Assembly: GCF_006345805.1 (NCBI RefSeq)
Contig: NW_021836854.1
Location: 1-36,385 of the forward strand
DNA: 36,385 bases
Origin: Octopus sinensis
Taxonomy: Eukaryota
Reading direction: 5' to 3'
The number at the start of each line of letters is the position of its first letter. Position 1 is the stretch's first letter. The notes beneath the pieces were generated by a model, which saw nothing but the letters and a program-made list of their open reading frames with translations, was not told the DNA's origin and searched no databases. This document shows, piece after piece, positions 33,051 through 36,385 of the stretch. A program made the translations under genes and the position numbers.

Positions 33051-33937
33051 CAGGAAACTCTGAGTTTTGTGGGGTTTTTTTCCTTTTCCAGGTTATTTCG
33101 CATGCTTTCAATGAATGTGACATCAAAATCACGTGTAAATAGCTCCTTTCCCCCAGAAAAGGAAAGATTTGGCTGCTACTTCTTGCACTCCCTGCTACCA
33201 CGTAACAGTATTTTGGGTCCCTTATTACAAATAGCTGTTACATGGTAGCAGAGCATGCTAGAAATAGCAAACAAATCTTTGGAGGTGAGATATGTTGAAT
33301 GCACTAGAAAAAAATTATTTCTCACCGAGGTTATGAATGGGTTTTTATGAAATATTTACCGTATTTTTAAAGTCATTTTCACTTTGAAATATTTTTTTTA
33401 ATATGCCAAACAAATTTTTGTGGTGGTATTCGGCTGAAAATAATTTTAAAAAAACATTAAAATATTGTCTGTTTAAAGAAAGCTAAAATAAAAATATTGT
33501 ACAATCAACTTACATTTTTGAAATCACATTCACTTAAAAATATTTTTAAATGATTAAAATATTGTGTTTAACAAAAGCAAAAATAGAAACATTTACTGTA
33601 CAAAAACAAATTGTATTTTTTCATTGTCAACTCATTGTGTCGAATCAAAGGGGACGAAACTCTTACCTTTCAGTATTAAGTTATTTTTGGAATATTTCCC
33701 CATTATGCACCACTCTGGGTATTTATACCCTGAAAAACCCTAATATCTCCACAGCCACTTGTCCAGTTTATGCAAAATTTGTTTTATTCCGTTCACTTTT
33801 ACATTTCAGTGGAAACTTAATTCATGGTATTTTCCCATTATGCGCCAGTATGGCAGGGTAACATTGCAAGCAAGCAAGCATCAAGCTGACTTTTAATGTA
33901 TTATGGATATATAAACATATATATATATATACATATA

Positions 33938-34530
33938 CAGAAGATGAGGAGTTTAAGTCAAGGTAATCCCAACTAATAGGAATGCAGTGTGAGTGTGCCA
34001 ATTGACAAACCACTAGGGTCCCGGTTCAAACAGGAGTTGGAGTTATGGTACCGTAAATGTCCAGTTGAGAGCAAACTGGCAATCAACAGTTTACCTTTGT
34101 GTCAGTAGGTATGAGTGAAAGAAGAGGAAAAAAATTAATCAAGGTAGGACTATGGCATTTAAATTTACTCAGTTTAGTTCAATTTAAAGGAGTCAATGCT
34201 AATGCAATGTGGGTAGAATTAATAGATGCAGTCTCTTACAGCTGTTTCTGGGGTATCCCAGGTGCTCGATCATCATATTGACCCAGGGTTCCATACCCTG
34301 GGAATTCCGTCAGCAGAGAAATATACACAATATAAACAGGAAATTATAGGCAGGAACATCTGTTGTAGAAAAATACGTAGCATGGTGGGAAGTTTGTGGC
34401 TTGTTATAGTTTATAGATTATTGTGTTCGGGAGGGTGGCGGGTGGGGCATTCAGATCCATATGAAAGGATTCTTGCTTATGCAGATTCCTAGGTTAGTCA
34501 ATTGGTTGAGTAATGTCTCCAGTGGAGAGA
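33938..34530 (-). mobile_element. PLE 3' end/pLTR with decayed HHR, tail ending in (TA)n
   Basis: Paralog of 20545-20915. Upstream minus translation TLLNQLTNLGICISKNPF loosely matches the PLE C-terminal LLN..SE....C.H.N.F motif. Confidence 0.6.
34232..34321 (-). ncRNA. Degenerate type I hammerhead motif (likely inactive)
   Basis: Minus strand: UUUCU-CUGCUGA (A6 to C)-long imperfect stem II-GAAA(34248-45)-CAGCUG-UA, cut, then AGAGA. Palindromic stem III ACAGCUGU. Confidence 0.5.
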
Positions 34531-34907
34531 AGGGAAAAAATAGTGCAACCAAAGCTTTATGAGTGGATTTAGCAGATGGAAAATGAAAGAAGCCCATCAT
34601 ATTTTTTAGTTTTTTCTGTGCGTGTTTCCTGTTCATCATGATGGGGGTGGGGTCATTGCCGAGATGCATTGTAAATGTAATCAACCCGTGGCAATGAACT
34701 CCCAAAATGGCCACAGATGTATTTAAATTGATGTTGTGAAACTCATTTCTGCTCCTAGACTCTAACCTACCATGGTTTTAAGAACTGAACTTCTGGACAT
34801 ACTCTAGTGTTTGGGGAGTAAAAAGACTTTTTTAAAAAAACTTTTTTAGTCGATTCATATTTTATCTTGTATAAATTTTTTAGCTTTTTAATAGTATGAA
34901 ATGCTTT

Positions 34908-34978
34908 GGAATTTTTAGAATTTTTAGAAATTTTAGAAATTTTTAGTAATTTTTAGTAATTTTTAGTAATTTTTAGTC
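34908..34978. repeat. 10-bp minisatellite (TTTTTAGWAA) x about 7
   Basis: Read directly. Confidence 0.85.
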
Positions 34979-35186
34979 GTTAGTATTTACCTTTTTTGGT
35001 AGGCTGTTCTGTGTATTTGTATTTTATTCGCATATATATATTTACCTTCTGTTTTATGTATATGTATATTTTATATGTGTGAAAACCATGGTAATATTTA
35101 TATATGATAGAATGTTTGAGGTTTGGTGTTGTATATAAAGTCGTTGATTCGAATCTGATGTTAGTTCTACAATCAATATGTCTATA

Positions 35187-35500
35187 TATCATCATCATCA
35201 TTTAGCGTCCGCTTTCCATGCTGTCATGGGTTGGACGGTGCAACTGGGGTCTGGGAAGCCAGAAGGCTGCACCAGGCCCAGTCTGATCTGGCAATGTTTC
35301 TACGGCTGGATGCCCTTCCTAATGCCAACCATTCCATGAGTGTAGTGGGTGCTTTTTACGTGCCACCGGCACAGGTGCCAGACAGGGCTAGCAAACAGAC
35401 ACAGTTGCATGGTGCTTTTTACATGCCACCGGCATGGGGGCCAGGCGAGGCTGGCAACGGCCACGATCGGATGGTGCTTTTTACGTGCTTCTGGCACGGG
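35187..35500 (-). mobile_element. Family C retroelement
   Basis: (CAT)n-TTTAGCGTCCGCTTTCCATG... plus internal units. Confidence 0.8.
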
Positions 35501-35800
35501 ATATGTATATATAATAATAATATAAATAATATATAAATATATGCATGTATACATACATATATGTACATACCTACATCTATATGTATATATACATGCATAT
35601 ATGGGTACAGGACATCAAAAAAACGTTGAACACAATGAGAAATGAAAACATAAAACCAAAAACAGAAATTAACTTTTTTTTTGGAACAACGAAAAAAAAC
35701 AGAGAAACGAGAGTCTGTGTGTCCCCACACCATCACTTGACGACCGATGTTGATCTGTTTATGTCCTTGTAGCTTAGCAATTCAGCAAAAGTGATTGATA

Positions 35801-35963
35801 GGCGCAGGAGTGGCTGTGTGGTTAGTCGCTTGCTAACCAACCACATGGTTCAGGGTTCAGTCCCACTGCGTTGCATCTTGGGCAAGTGTCTTCTGCAATA
35901 GCCCCGAGCCGACCAATGCCTTGTGAGTGGATTTGGTAGACGGAAACTGAAAGAAGCCTGTCG

Positions 35964-35996
<33 letters not shown>

Positions 35997-36198
35997 TTGT
36001 CCCCCTAGCATTGCTTGACAACCGATGCTGGTGTATTTACGTTCCCGTCACTTAGCGGTTCAGCAAAAGAGACCGATAGAATAAGTACTGGGCTTACAAA
36101 GAATAAGTCCTGGGATCAGTCTCTTTGACTAAAACCCTACAAGGTGGTGCTCCAGCATGGCTGCAGTCAAATGACTGAAACAAGGGAAAGAATAAAAG
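35801..36198 (+). mobile_element. SINE family A, full length
   Basis: GGCGCAGGAGTGGCTGTGTGG head to GACTGAAACAAG tail. It is preceded by a 3' fragment (about 35700-35800). Confidence 0.85.
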
Positions 36199-36344
36199 TA
36201 CCGGATTTAGATTTGGTGAAGACGAAAATACAGAGTAAACCATGGTGGCCACCTTTGGAGAGATCTTGCATCAGGAGATTCCACAAAAAGAAAACAACAA
36301 AAACAATGTCATTTTTTGAGGGGAGGGGAAAGGGGAAACGTGAA

Positions 36345-36385
36345 GTTGAGTGTGGTAAGTAGCTTGCTTACCAACCACATGGTTC
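36345..36385 (+). mobile_element. SINE family A head, cut by the window end
   Basis: GTGTGGTAAGTAGCTTGCTTACCAACCACATGGTTC. Confidence 0.7.

Overview
Repeat-dense eukaryotic non-coding DNA. The SINE and MITE families and the microsatellite load look like an octopus (cephalopod) genome; this is pattern recognition, not a database search. No intact protein-coding gene, rRNA, true tRNA or CRISPR array is supported, and nearly all ORFs in the track are simple-repeat artefacts. The window holds at least four SINE-like families and decayed non-LTR retrotransposon ends (RTE, CR1-like, R4/Dong-like restriction-endonuclease types). It also holds Penelope-like element (PLE) fragments with GIY-YIG motifs, MITEs (8-bp-TSD GG-terminal, mariner-derived, piggyBac-like) and non-autonomous Helitrons. 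The main signal not covered by the ORF track is a set of type I hammerhead ribozyme (HHR) motifs with PLE-style palindromic stem III. They lie at 251-337 (+), 20228-20298 (+, variant U3-A8 core inside a 376-bp foldback element) and 24824-24925 (-, downstream of a GIY-YIG ORF), with a decayed pair at about 20.8 kb and 34.3 kb. All of them run into TA-rich microsatellites. A 22-bp tandem array built on TGACAGCTGTCA and a possible minus-strand gene 5' region (15-18.5 kb) also merit a check.
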